From NCBI GenBank assembly GCA_964426305.1, contig CAYRPO010000001.1, forward strand, positions 732 to 64,731: a stretch of DNA of 64,000 bases, read 5' to 3'. Both the position numbers and the translations under genes were made by a program. This document shows positions 54,472-63,697 of this stretch, piece by piece. The notes under the pieces were generated by a model. The model searched no databases, was not told the origin of the DNA, and saw only the letters and a list, made by a program, of their open reading frames with translations. Position 1 is the first letter of the stretch; every line of letters starts with the position of its first letter. Origin of the DNA: an uncultured Candidatus Saccharibacteria bacterium. GTDB taxonomy: Bacteria > Patescibacteriota > Saccharimonadia > Saccharimonadales > CAIOMD01.

Positions 54472-54702
54472 ATGGATGCTTTCGAAATATTGGTCATAAT
54501 ACTATCGATCACGTTGGCGATATTGCTGATATTGACGATTATTGCTGTATCGCTTACGATTCAGCTCCTAAAGAAGGCAAATCGTGCTGCAGATTATGTC
54601 GAGGCTACAACTGCTAATCTTGCAGCCGTCTCCGATACGATGAGGAGTGCGAGCGGGCCTGCTGCGCTGATACGCGCAATTTCTGGATTGCTTCATAAAT
54701 AA
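54472..54702 (+). CDS. Small membrane protein (76 aa), possibly DUF948-like
   Basis: It has an N-terminal TM followed by a helical tail, and it neighbours a YtxH-domain gene as DUF948 genes often do. A perfect extended -10 (TGgTATAAT) ends 7 nt before the ATG, with no SD. Confidence 0.45.
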   Translation: MDAFEILVIILSITLAILLILTIIAVSLTIQLLKKANRAADYVEATTANLAAVSDTMRSASGPAALIRAISGLLHK

Positions 54703-54717
54703 GGAGGGAGTACATAT

Positions 54718-55122
54718 ATGGCATACAATACGACAAAGAAGGTTATCGCCGGTGCCTTGGTAGGGCTAGCGGCAGGATATATTGCAGGTGTTTTGACAGC
54801 TCCAAAGAGCGGCAAAGAAACACGTGAAGACATCAAACAGGCCGGTACGAAGGCGGTAAAAGAGATTGAGCGACGTTTGCAGGTTGTGTACGCTCAGCTT
54901 GATGAAGCGCTCGATATTGCAAAAGCACGAGCGTTCGACTTGGGCGAACGCGGCAAGAAGGAACTTTCCGAACTGCAAGGTAAAGCTGAAGACGCCAAGC
55001 ATAAGGTATCTGAATTACTACATGCTGTCAAAGAAGGCGAAGCGGACGACCCGTCGTTGCAGGCAGCCGTTACAGAGGCAACTCAAGCAAAAGATGACCT
55101 TGTAGAGTATCTGAAAAAATAG
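54718..55122 (+). CDS. YtxH domain-containing (general stress-like) protein
   Basis: AAGGAGGGAG lies upstream. An N-terminal amphipathic/TM segment LVGLAAGYIAGVLTAPKSGKETRE is followed by a charged coiled coil. Confidence 0.75.
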   Translation: MAYNTTKKVIAGALVGLAAGYIAGVLTAPKSGKETREDIKQAGTKAVKEIERRLQVVYAQLDEALDIAKARAFDLGERGKKELSELQGKAEDAKHKVSELLHAVKEGEADDPSLQAAVTEATQAKDDLVEYLKK

Positions 55123-55142
55123 TCTTTCACACTTTTTCGTGT

Positions 55143-55179
55143 AAAATGCCCCGCATTGTACTAGCGGGGCATTTTTTTG
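55143..55179 (+). terminator. Intrinsic terminator
   Basis: AAAATGCCCCGC (55143..55154) pairs with GCGGGGCATTTT (55164..55175), and the T-run continues. Confidence 0.8.
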
Positions 55180-55247
55180 TTGTACTTTGGCCATGACAGA
55201 GTATGCAAAAATCCTATATACTATGCATAACGACGAAAGAGGGAAGC

Positions 55248-58200
55248 ATGGCAAAAACAGTGGCCGGGTTGTCAACCGACCAGTATGTGCATCTGCACAA
55301 CCATACGCAGTACAGTTTATTGGATGGGCTGACTAAGATTGGTCCATTGCTTGATTTTGTTAAAAGTAACGGCATGCAGGCGGTGGCCATGACTGACCAT
55401 GGCACGTTGTCTGGCGCGATTGAATTCTACAAGACTGCGAAAGCTACTGGCATAAAGCCAATCATTGGTATCGAGACGTATATCGCAGCCCGAAAGCACA
55501 CCGACAAAGACGCGGCCAAAGACAAACAACGCTTTCATCTTATATTACTTGCTATGAACATGACTGGGTATCAGAATCTGATGCGCTTGAGTACGATTGC
55601 AAATCTTGACGGTTACTACTACTTTCCGCGCATCGACCATGACTTACTCGAAAAGTACAACGAAGGACTGATCGCGATGAGCGCCTGTATGGGGGGTGAG
55701 ATTGGACAGGCTCTAAAAGACGGTAATACGCAGAAGGCGCGAGATATTGCGCAGTGGTATAAAGGCGTGTTTGGTGATCGGTACTACCTGGAAGTTCAAG
55801 ATCATGGACATCCCAGAAACCCACTTCCCAACAAAGAACAGGAAGAGATTAATCGACACGTGTTGGCACTTGGCAAAGAGCTTGATATACCAGCAGTTGT
55901 AACATGTGATGCTCACTATCTGATGCATGAAGATCAAGAAGCGCACGAAATATTGCTCTGCGTTGGTACAGGTTCGTACTTGAGCGAGACGAACCGCATG
56001 TCACTCAAGGACTATCCGTTGCATGTTGTGCCTCCTCAAGAGCTCATAGATCGCTGGGGCGACGAGCATCCAGAATTGATTACCAATACAAAGGCTGTTG
56101 CTGATCGCTGTAACATAGATATTGAGTTGGGCAAGATTCTCATTCCAAAGTTTCCCGTGCCTGACGGCGAAACCGAAAAAAGCTACCTTGACTTGCTTGT
56201 TTATCGAGGACTTGCTTTTCGCTACGGTGGGATCGACGAAGCCACGGCACATACGCTACATATCGAAGCAGCCAAGAAAACACTGCCTGATGACATTGCA
56301 GAGCGCGCAATTTTTGAGCTGGGTGTTATCAACAGCATGGGCTTCAACGGATATTTTTTGATTATTTGGGATTTTATAAAATGGGGGAAAGACAGTGGCA
56401 TTGTGTTTGGGCCTGGTCGTGGTTCGGCGGCTGGTTCGATTATTGCCTATAGCTTGCGCATAACCGAGCTCGATCCAATCCGTTACGATCTACTGTTTGA
56501 GCGTTTTCTGAATCCAGACCGCATTAGCATGCCTGACATTGACATTGACATCCAAGACACTCGGCGTGACGAGGTGATTCAATATTGTGTTGAAAAGTAC
56601 GGTGATAACCGTGTAGCGAACATTGTCACATTTGGTCGTATGGCGGCACGTGCGGCAGTGCGCGATGTTGCTCGTGTGCTAGAGGTTCCATATGCAGATG
56701 CCGACCGACTGGCCAAGATGATTCCACCTCCTGTTCAAGGTCGGCATATTCCGCTCGAAAAGAGTTTAGTTGAGAGCGAAGAGCTAAAGGCGGAATACGA
56801 GAAAAATCCCAATGCTCGTCGTGTTTTTGACATGGCAATTCGGCTTGAGGGAACGGTGCGGAATCATGGCATTCACGCGGCTGGCGTTGTGATTGCTCCC
56901 GATGAGATTGTGAAATTTGCACCACTTGAAATGGCTCAAAAAGGTGTTGTTTCTACACAGTATCCTATGGGGCCAATTGAAGAGCTTGGCCTGTTGAAGA
57001 TGGATTTTTTGGGGCTATCAAACCTTACGGTCATCAAAAACGCATTGAGGATCATCAAAAAAGTCTACAAAGAAGATATTGATATTGAGCGCGTATCGCT
57101 TGAGGACCAGGCAACGTTTGAACTGCTAGCGCGTGGTGACACTACCGGCGTGTTTCAGCTTGAATCTGCCGGCATGAAGCGTTATTTACGCGATTTGCAG
57201 CCGAGTGTCTTTGAAGATATCGTTGCTATGGTGGCGCTGTATCGACCTGGACCTATGCAGTTTATCGATGATTTCATCGGTCGCAAACATGGTCGACGAG
57301 AGATTGTCTATCCGCATCCTAGTATGGAGAACGCCCTCAAGAACACCTATGGAGTGCTTGTGTATCAGGAACAAGTTATGCAGATCAGTAAAGAGGTTTG
57401 CGGCTTTACTGGTGGCGAGGCTGATACGCTTCGCAAGGCAATTGGTAAGAAAAACGCTGATCTTATGGCAAAAATGAAAGATAAGATGATCGAGGGCGGC
57501 CAAAAACACAGCGGCATTGACCGTGATCTTATGGAGCGTTTCTGGAAGCAGCTTGAAGATTTTGCGGCATATTGTTTTAACAAAAGCCACGCAGCTTGTT
57601 ATGCGCTTGTTGCCTACTGGACGGCATATCTAAAGGCACACTATCCTGCGGCGTTTATGGCGGCGCTGATGACAAGCGACTACGACGATACCGATCGACT
57701 TTCGATCGAAATATCGGAATGCAAGCATATGGGGCTACAGGTGTTGCCGCCCGATGTGAACCAGTCATTCCATGAGTTTGCGGTTGTCCCTAATACACCA
57801 AAAGGACAAGCACCGCAGATTCGATTTGGCATGGATGCAGTGAAGAATGTTGGCCATGGTGCCGTTGCCGAGATTATACGCGTCCGAGAAGAAGGTGCAT
57901 TTCAGGACCTAGGAGATTTTTTGCTGCGAGTTAATGGGCGCTTAGTCAATAAGAAAGTATGGGAAAGCTTGGTCAAATGCGGAGCCTTTGATGGTTTTGG
58001 CGCTCGAGCAGCACTCCTCGAACATCTTGACACTATCCTTGCAATTGGCGCTCGTGCCTCGAAGGACCAACAGGCTGGACAAACTGACCTGTTTGGGGCG
58101 GATTCAGAAGTGACGATGCAGACAATTCAACTGCCAGCCCTGGAGTCTAGCGGCGTATACACAGAACATGACTATTTGCTATGGGAGCGAGAGTTGCTCG

Positions 58201-58910
58201 GACTATACCTTTCCAGTCATCCGCTTGAGGCCTTTGAGACAATTTTGACAGAAAAAGCCGTGCCATTGTCTCAGATTGTAGGAACTGCTGACAGTAAAAC
58301 TGCTACTGTTGGCGGGACAGTCGTCGACGTGCGTCAGATCAGTACCAAAAATGGCCAGGCTATGGCGTTTGTAAAAGTCGAGGATTTATTTGGTGATCAG
58401 CGCGAGTTGGTGATTTTTCCGGGCGTCTTTAAGGACACGGCCGATGTCTGGGTACGTGATAAGGTGATTTTGGCCAAGGGCAAGGTGAATGGCACTGACA
58501 AAAACGGTGAAGCCATGCAAGAGGCAAAGATTTTGGTCGACATGGCAGAGGTTCTTACTGTAGACGATGCAAAAGCATACCAGGAAACCGGCAGCAAAGC
58601 ACACCTGGGCGCGGTACGGGCACGCGCGGCAAGTGCAAAGGTTTCAAACGCCACAACGGTGCAAGCGGCAAAAAAGATAGCACCTGCCGCGGCGCGTTTA
58701 TACATACGAATGGCTGACAGTAAAGACGCCGATCTCCTCATAAAGCTCAAGAACATACTTGATGCATATAACGGCATGCACGAGGCAGTACTTGTGCTTG
58801 GTGCCACAAAGAAGCAGATTATAAAATTGCCACAAAAAGTCAGTAGTTCATCACAGCTATTGGCTGAGGTTCAGAACTTAGTTGGTGCCGAAAGTGTGAA
58901 GTTTCAGTAG
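55248..58910 (+). CDS. dnaE: DNA polymerase III alpha subunit
   Basis: The PHP domain begins YVHLHNHTQYSLLDG. The core contains GPGRGSAAGS and IDIDI. OB-fold and C-terminal regions are present. ATG 55248 follows AGAGGGAAG. Confidence 0.95.
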   Translation: MAKTVAGLSTDQYVHLHNHTQYSLLDGLTKIGPLLDFVKSNGMQAVAMTDHGTLSGAIEFYKTAKATGIKPIIGIETYIAARKHTDKDAAKDKQRFHLILLAMNMTGYQNLMRLSTIANLDGYYYFPRIDHDLLEKYNEGLIAMSACMGGEIGQALKDGNTQKARDIAQWYKGVFGDRYYLEVQDHGHPRNPLPNKEQEEINRHVLALGKELDIPAVVTCDAHYLMHEDQEAHEILLCVGTGSYLSETNRMSLKDYPLHVVPPQELIDRWGDEHPELITNTKAVADRCNIDIELGKILIPKFPVPDGETEKSYLDLLVYRGLAFRYGGIDEATAHTLHIEAAKKTLPDDIAERAIFELGVINSMGFNGYFLIIWDFIKWGKDSGIVFGPGRGSAAGSIIAYSLRITELDPIRYDLLFERFLNPDRISMPDIDIDIQDTRRDEVIQYCVEKYGDNRVANIVTFGRMAARAAVRDVARVLEVPYADADRLAKMIPPPVQGRHIPLEKSLVESEELKAEYEKNPNARRVFDMAIRLEGTVRNHGIHAAGVVIAPDEIVKFAPLEMAQKGVVSTQYPMGPIEELGLLKMDFLGLSNLTVIKNALRIIKKVYKEDIDIERVSLEDQATFELLARGDTTGVFQLESAGMKRYLRDLQPSVFEDIVAMVALYRPGPMQFIDDFIGRKHGRREIVYPHPSMENALKNTYGVLVYQEQVMQISKEVCGFTGGEADTLRKAIGKKNADLMAKMKDKMIEGGQKHSGIDRDLMERFWKQLEDFAAYCFNKSHAACYALVAYWTAYLKAHYPAAFMAALMTSDYDDTDRLSIEISECKHMGLQVLPPDVNQSFHEFAVVPNTPKGQAPQIRFGMDAVKNVGHGAVAEIIRVREEGAFQDLGDFLLRVNGRLVNKKVWESLVKCGAFDGFGARAALLEHLDTILAIGARASKDQQAGQTDLFGADSEVTMQTIQLPALESSGVYTEHDYLLWERELLGLYLSSHPLEAFETILTEKAVPLSQIVGTADSKTATVGGTVVDVRQISTKNGQAMAFVKVEDLFGDQRELVIFPGVFKDTADVWVRDKVILAKGKVNGTDKNGEAMQEAKILVDMAEVLTVDDAKAYQETGSKAHLGAVRARAASAKVSNATTVQAAKKIAPAAARLYIRMADSKDADLLIKLKNILDAYNGMHEAVLVLGATKKQIIKLPQKVSSSSQLLAEVQNLVGAESVKFQ

Positions 58911-58913
58911 TAC

Positions 58914-59612
58914 TCAGGAATCAGTAGGCTGTGACTGGTGCTTTCGGTGCGTTTTGTAGACATGATGAGCTTCTAGGAGTGCGCCGATGACGACCAGGCT
59001 ACCAGCAATACTTGCCAGGAGTGCTGGTGAAGTCTGTAGGTAGCGTGGCTTGAGTGCTGCGGTAGTGCCGGCGGGACTCGTTGCGGCAAGTGGATTTTGG
59101 CTGCCAGTTGCCTTCCCGTAAAAAGCTACCACGACAATTGTATTTTTGTGGCCCTGATATGTGCCATAATTTGCAATGCCGATCCCCATATCGCTATACT
59201 CGTTGTTCAGTAGGTTGTCCCGGTGTGTTGGGCTGTCGAGCCAACCCTGTATGACGGCTTCAGCCGATTCATTTGTGATCGCCAGATTTTCGCCAGCTAG
59301 TTGGTAGCTGTATCCGGCATCGGCAAAGTATTTCCACGGAGTTGTGCCATCTGGTGCTACGTGCTGAAAGTACTGCTTCTTAACCATGTCTTCTGCCTTG
59401 GCTTGTGCGGCGCTACTCAGTTGTAAATTATTGCTCAGTGGATTTGCATTTATCGTCGTACGGGCTTTGTTGCTTAACTCGTAGATTTCGCTACTGCCAA
59501 AAGCGCGGGTTAAGGCTGAGTTGACGGGCAAAAAAATAGTTGCCACAAAGAGCAGCATAAACAGGCCACTAACGTGGAGTATATGTCCGATGCGATGATG
59601 GTGTGTATTCAT
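58914..59612 (-). CDS. CAP/SCP (PR-1-like, YkwD-type) domain protein with N- and C-terminal hydrophobic segments
   Basis: RTTINANPL..N..L...A..KA.DM....YF.H..PDG..., GENLA and GW..SP.H..N.L motifs are present. There is a 4-nt overlap with the upstream (minus strand) methyltransferase gene. Confidence 0.7.
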   Translation of the reverse strand: MNTHHHRIGHILHVSGLFMLLFVATIFLPVNSALTRAFGSSEIYELSNKARTTINANPLSNNLQLSSAAQAKAEDMVKKQYFQHVAPDGTTPWKYFADAGYSYQLAGENLAITNESAEAVIQGWLDSPTHRDNLLNNEYSDMGIGIANYGTYQGHKNTIVVVAFYGKATGSQNPLAATSPAGTTAALKPRYLQTSPALLASIAGSLVVIGALLEAHHVYKTHRKHQSQPTDS

Positions 59613-60112
59613 GATAAGCGATTGATTGTCATGGCATACAATGCGATGCCCGCTGCGACAGATACATTGAACGATTCTTTGCGGCCGACCATTGGAATCT
59701 CGAGGATCGCGTCGACTTGCTGTAGTGTTTCGGCTGTAACACCCAGCACTTCGTTCCCTACTAGTATGGCTGTTTTTGGTGTTGGTGTAAATGATGCTAA
59801 TGGCATGGACGTAGCAGCTTGTTCGAGGGCCACGATAAAAAACCCAGCTTTACGGGCAGCGGCAGTTGCTTGGTCGACGGTTGTATGTACCGAAAAAGGC
59901 ATCGTCTCCTCGGCACCCAAAGCGGTTTTGTGGATTTGTGCAGTAATTTTATCGGCTAGATGTGGCAGTCGTGGGTCTTGGGGTAAGCGAGGAAATGGTG
60001 TATACCCGGCCAAAAATATATGTGATACACCGAATCCATCAGCCGATCGAAAGATACTACCGACATTATGTGTACTGCGTATGTTGTCAAGAATGAGTGC
60101 AAGCATCTGCAT
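59609..60112 (-). CDS. SpoU/TrmH-family RNA 2'-O-methyltransferase
   Basis: LDNIRSTHNVGSIFRSADGFG, LVGNEVLGV and IPMVGRKESFNVSVAAGIALY (SPOUT knot motifs) are present. Length is 167 aa. Confidence 0.85.
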   Translation of the reverse strand: MQMLALILDNIRSTHNVGSIFRSADGFGVSHIFLAGYTPFPRLPQDPRLPHLADKITAQIHKTALGAEETMPFSVHTTVDQATAAARKAGFFIVALEQAATSMPLASFTPTPKTAILVGNEVLGVTAETLQQVDAILEIPMVGRKESFNVSVAAGIALYAMTINRLS

Positions 60113-60186
60113 GTACTATATCAAATCAGACAATTATGCGAACTTCGGTATGGCGCCTGCCGCCATGACTGATATACTTAAGCAGT

Positions 60187-61782
60187 ATGGATGCTGGTCG
60201 ACAACAAGACGAACAAAACACACAACGACGTGCCCGGATCTTGGGTATAGGGTATGATGATCTGTCGGGTCGCCAGGTGTCACTCTATGACAATGTGTTG
60301 TCGATTGCAGAGATGTATAGCTACAAAATGGTCCCTATATACGCCGATGTCAACAATGTAAAATTTGGCATTACAAACAACGCTTCTCAAGCTACTATGC
60401 AGGCGCTTGTGCAAAGATTTACTGATCAGCGTGTTACGTTCTCGATGATATCTGACAGTAGTTTTCGTGATTTGATGCGACGTTATGATCCGCCAAAGAC
60501 AGTTGTGTATCAAGACATCTCTCTTTCGTCGAACGATGTTGATGCGCAACTGAGTGCCGTTTCTGCAACCTTGTCTCAGGTGCGTGCTGACGATATGCTT
60601 GCCTATACCGTGCAACAAGCCTATAGGCTTAAAGCATCTGATATACATTTTGAAACCGATGAAGATTCGGTGCGGATTCGCATACGCGTCGACGGCGTCC
60701 TGCATCCTGTAGCTGTGTTGAGTCCGGACAAATACCGTCAACTCATATCCAGTCTGGCAGTTGCCGCCAATGTATCGACTAGCTCAGATGATGCCCAGAC
60801 AGGCCACATTAATACCCAATATCATTTGGCCGACGGCAGTGATGTCACGGTGAATGCTCGTGTTGAGACAGTCCCAACAGTACATGGCATGGATGCAGTA
60901 TTGCGGCTGTTTACGGTTAACTCAGAACTTATGCGTATCGATAAACTGGGGCTGAGCGCGGACGAACAGGACATCATCAGTGACATCATCAGTCATCCAA
61001 ATGGTTTGGTTTTGTTTGTTGGTCCAACAGGTTCAGGAAAAACAACCACGCTATACAGTATCATTAATGAGCTCAATCATCCGGAGCGTAAAATCATCAC
61101 CCTTGAAGATCCGGTTGAATATAACATAAAAGGTATAACACAGATTCCTGTTGAATCTCGTGGTCAGGCAGAGGGCTTTGCAGAGAAATTTCGTGCTGTA
61201 TTGCGGCTAGATCCGGACGTCATCATGGTCGGTGAGATTCGTGATCATGACACTGCGCGTACTGCTTTGCAATCTGCTTTAACAGGGCATTTAGTACTGT
61301 CGACATATCATGCTAGTTCAGCATGTGCCGCACTGACGCGGTTGCTTGACTCGGTCGGAGATAACCCGCTGTTTATGTCTGCCATCCGGCTTGTGCAAGC
61401 ACAACGCCTTGTGCGCCGACTCGATGAGAATACGAAGCAAGCATATACTCCCGATACACAAACCGTAGCGTGGATACAGCGTGTAGTTGACTCGTTGCCA
61501 TCGCGCATCCCGCGACCATCGCTTGATGGGCTGCAACTATATAGGCCGGGATCGTCAACGGAAAACCCCTTTGGGTTCACGGGGCAGTTTGCGCTTCGAG
61601 AGCTGTTACTTATGACCGAAGGACTCGAACGTGAACTGCGCCGTGATCGACACGAAATCACCACTGCGAGCCTGGAGCGTGCTGCGGTTGAGGATGGCAT
61701 GATGACGATGTTGCAATCTGGCGTACTGCGTGTCATCGCTGGTGAAACCGCTCTTGAAGAAGTCCTGCGCGTCGTCGCGTAG
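60187..61782 (+). CDS. pilB: GspE/PilB-family type II/IV secretion (type IV pilus assembly) ATPase
   Basis: Walker A GPTGSGKTTTL, the Asp box, Walker B VIMVGEIRD and the His box LVLSTYHA are present, along with an N-terminal T2SSE_N-like region. Confidence 0.85.
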   Translation: MDAGRQQDEQNTQRRARILGIGYDDLSGRQVSLYDNVLSIAEMYSYKMVPIYADVNNVKFGITNNASQATMQALVQRFTDQRVTFSMISDSSFRDLMRRYDPPKTVVYQDISLSSNDVDAQLSAVSATLSQVRADDMLAYTVQQAYRLKASDIHFETDEDSVRIRIRVDGVLHPVAVLSPDKYRQLISSLAVAANVSTSSDDAQTGHINTQYHLADGSDVTVNARVETVPTVHGMDAVLRLFTVNSELMRIDKLGLSADEQDIISDIISHPNGLVLFVGPTGSGKTTTLYSIINELNHPERKIITLEDPVEYNIKGITQIPVESRGQAEGFAEKFRAVLRLDPDVIMVGEIRDHDTARTALQSALTGHLVLSTYHASSACAALTRLLDSVGDNPLFMSAIRLVQAQRLVRRLDENTKQAYTPDTQTVAWIQRVVDSLPSRIPRPSLDGLQLYRPGSSTENPFGFTGQFALRELLLMTEGLERELRRDRHEITTASLERAAVEDGMMTMLQSGVLRVIAGETALEEVLRVVA

Positions 61783-61788
61783 CCGTCA

Positions 61789-62919
61789 CTAGTCGGAAAA
61801 AACGGCCGCTACAACAGGGACCACTCGTTCATCGAGTGCGTCAGGTACAATTTCATCGACCGTTGGGTTTGTAACCAGGCCGGCAATTGCTTCAGCTGCA
61901 GCAACTTTATGCGATTCAGTAATGGGGCTGCCTGTGTCCAGGGCTCCCCTAAAAATACCGGGAAAAGCCAGGACGTTGTTGATCTGGTTCGGGAAATCAC
62001 TGCGGCCCGTAGCTATGATTGCTGCACCGGCAGCCTTTGCGTCGTCAGGCATGATCTCGGGATCTGGATTGGCAAGCGCAAATACGATTGGGTCTGGCGC
62101 CATACTGCGCACCATGTCTGCAGTCAAAAGACCGGCTTTACTGACTCCCACGACAACATCAGCTCCTCGTAGCACGTGCTCTAGGCTACCTCGAACGTCC
62201 CGTTTGTTGAGCAGAGCAAGGCCTTTCTTTGACGCGTCAAGACCGTCGCGGCCAACATAAATTGCGCCTTTACTGTCTACGACCGTAACTTGCGGTGCAC
62301 CAGCATGATGCATAAGATGCGCTACTGCACTGCCGGCGGCGCCAGCCCCAATCACAACGACCGAAATGTCGCGGATTTGCTTTTTGACCACTTGCAAGGC
62401 ATTGGTGAGACCGGCAACAACGACAATTGCAGTGCCATGCTGATCGTCATGCATAATTGGCATGTGCAGTCGCTTTTTTAGCTCATTTTCAATGTAAAAA
62501 CAGTTGGGGGCGGCTATATCTTCGAGGTTGATTCCACCAAAACTTGGAGATAAGCGTACGATTGTTTCGATGACTTCGTCTGGGTCTTGCGTGTTGAGGA
62601 CAAGTGGCACGGCATCGATGCCCGCAAATTGCTTAAATAGCATGGCCTTGCCTTCCATGACCGGGAGTGCACCCTCTGGTCCGATATTTCCTAGTCCTAG
62701 CACTGCAGAACCGTCAGAAATGACCGCAACAGTGTTGTTGGTGCTTGTGTAAAGTGGGACGTCTTTGGGGTGCTTTGCAAGGTGCGCAGCTACCGCGCCA
62801 ACCCCAGGACTATAATACAAACTCAGATCATGCTTTGTCTCGAGTGGTACTTTGCCGCGTACCTCGAGTTTTCCGCGCAGATTCAGATGAGCCTGCATAC
62901 TTTCTTCGTAAATATTCAT
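61789..62919 (-). CDS. NAD(P)-dependent malic enzyme (short form)
   Basis: The N-terminus from ATG 62919 (MNIYEESMQAHLNLRGKLEVRGKVP...DLSLYYSPGV) aligns with short malic enzymes. VVIGAGAAGSA and FANPDPEI-like motifs are present. The track ORF starts at an upstream TTG 62964. Confidence 0.85.
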   Translation of the reverse strand: MNIYEESMQAHLNLRGKLEVRGKVPLETKHDLSLYYSPGVGAVAAHLAKHPKDVPLYTSTNNTVAVISDGSAVLGLGNIGPEGALPVMEGKAMLFKQFAGIDAVPLVLNTQDPDEVIETIVRLSPSFGGINLEDIAAPNCFYIENELKKRLHMPIMHDDQHGTAIVVVAGLTNALQVVKKQIRDISVVVIGAGAAGSAVAHLMHHAGAPQVTVVDSKGAIYVGRDGLDASKKGLALLNKRDVRGSLEHVLRGADVVVGVSKAGLLTADMVRSMAPDPIVFALANPDPEIMPDDAKAAGAAIIATGRSDFPNQINNVLAFPGIFRGALDTGSPITESHKVAAAEAIAGLVTNPTVDEIVPDALDERVVPVVAAVFSD

Positions 62920-63033
62920 ATGATTTACTATACGCTGTTTTGACGGTTGTTTTAGACTTTTCAATCAAGAGATTTTGTGTTATAGTGGTTCAGATATACG
63001 TATTAGTAAGCTAATTTTGGGAAACAACGTAAG

Positions 63034-63495
63034 ATGCAAAGTCTCATTCAGAAGATCGAAGCTGCCTACAAGAAGTCGCAGATTGTCGATGTAAAAACCG
63101 GTGATACCGTTCGCGTGCACCAGAAAATTAAAGAAGGCAGCAAAGAGCGCGTTCAGATTTTTGAAGGTATGGTGATTCGCACCAATCGTGCGGGCAGCCT
63201 GACTAACACAATTGTTGTCCGTCGCATTGCGAGTGGTGTTGGTGTCGAAAAGAGCTTCTTGCTTCATAGTCCAAACGTACTTAAAGTTGAAGTTACAAAG
63301 CGCAGTAAGGTTCGCCGTAACTACCTAACATACATGCGCGCTCGCACTGGTAAGTCAGCTCGATTGACTAGCGTAGACTTTGATCGTTACGCTGTGAATG
63401 CAGTACATGACAAAAAAGCCGAAGTCGAAGAAGAAAAACTGCACGAAGCCGCAGCCGAATCCCACGACGCAGCCAAAGCCGAAACCAAAGAATAA
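63034..63495 (+). CDS. rplS: 50S ribosomal protein L19 with an acidic ~35-aa C-terminal extension
   Basis: VKTGDTVRVHQKIKEGSKERVQIFEGMVI.....G...TI.VRRIASGVGVEKSF.LHSP....VEV..R.KVRR..L.Y.R is present. The extra tail is KKAEVEEEKLHEAAAESHDAAKAETKE. Confidence 0.9.
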   Translation: MQSLIQKIEAAYKKSQIVDVKTGDTVRVHQKIKEGSKERVQIFEGMVIRTNRAGSLTNTIVVRRIASGVGVEKSFLLHSPNVLKVEVTKRSKVRRNYLTYMRARTGKSARLTSVDFDRYAVNAVHDKKAEVEEEKLHEAAAESHDAAKAETKE

Positions 63496-63512
63496 ACTCA
63501 ATCACCGTTTAG

Positions 63513-63546
63513 AAAAAAGAGACCTACGAAGATGGTCTCTTTTTTT
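63513..63546 (+). terminator. Intrinsic terminator after rplS
   Basis: AGAGACC (63518..63524) pairs with GGTCTCT (63534..63540) and is followed by TTTTTT. An A-tract upstream makes it potentially bidirectional. Confidence 0.8.
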
Positions 63547-63697
63547 GTCCCTCAAGGTCGTCGTACTAATGTTGCCATATCCAACCAGTACCTGCGCGGA
63601 GGAAATAGAATGCCATGTAAAAATATCCGTCCTGCAATAAGGTTCGATGAGGGTCGTGTCACATCGCAGCGAAACGACCCTCATCAAAACAATCCTG

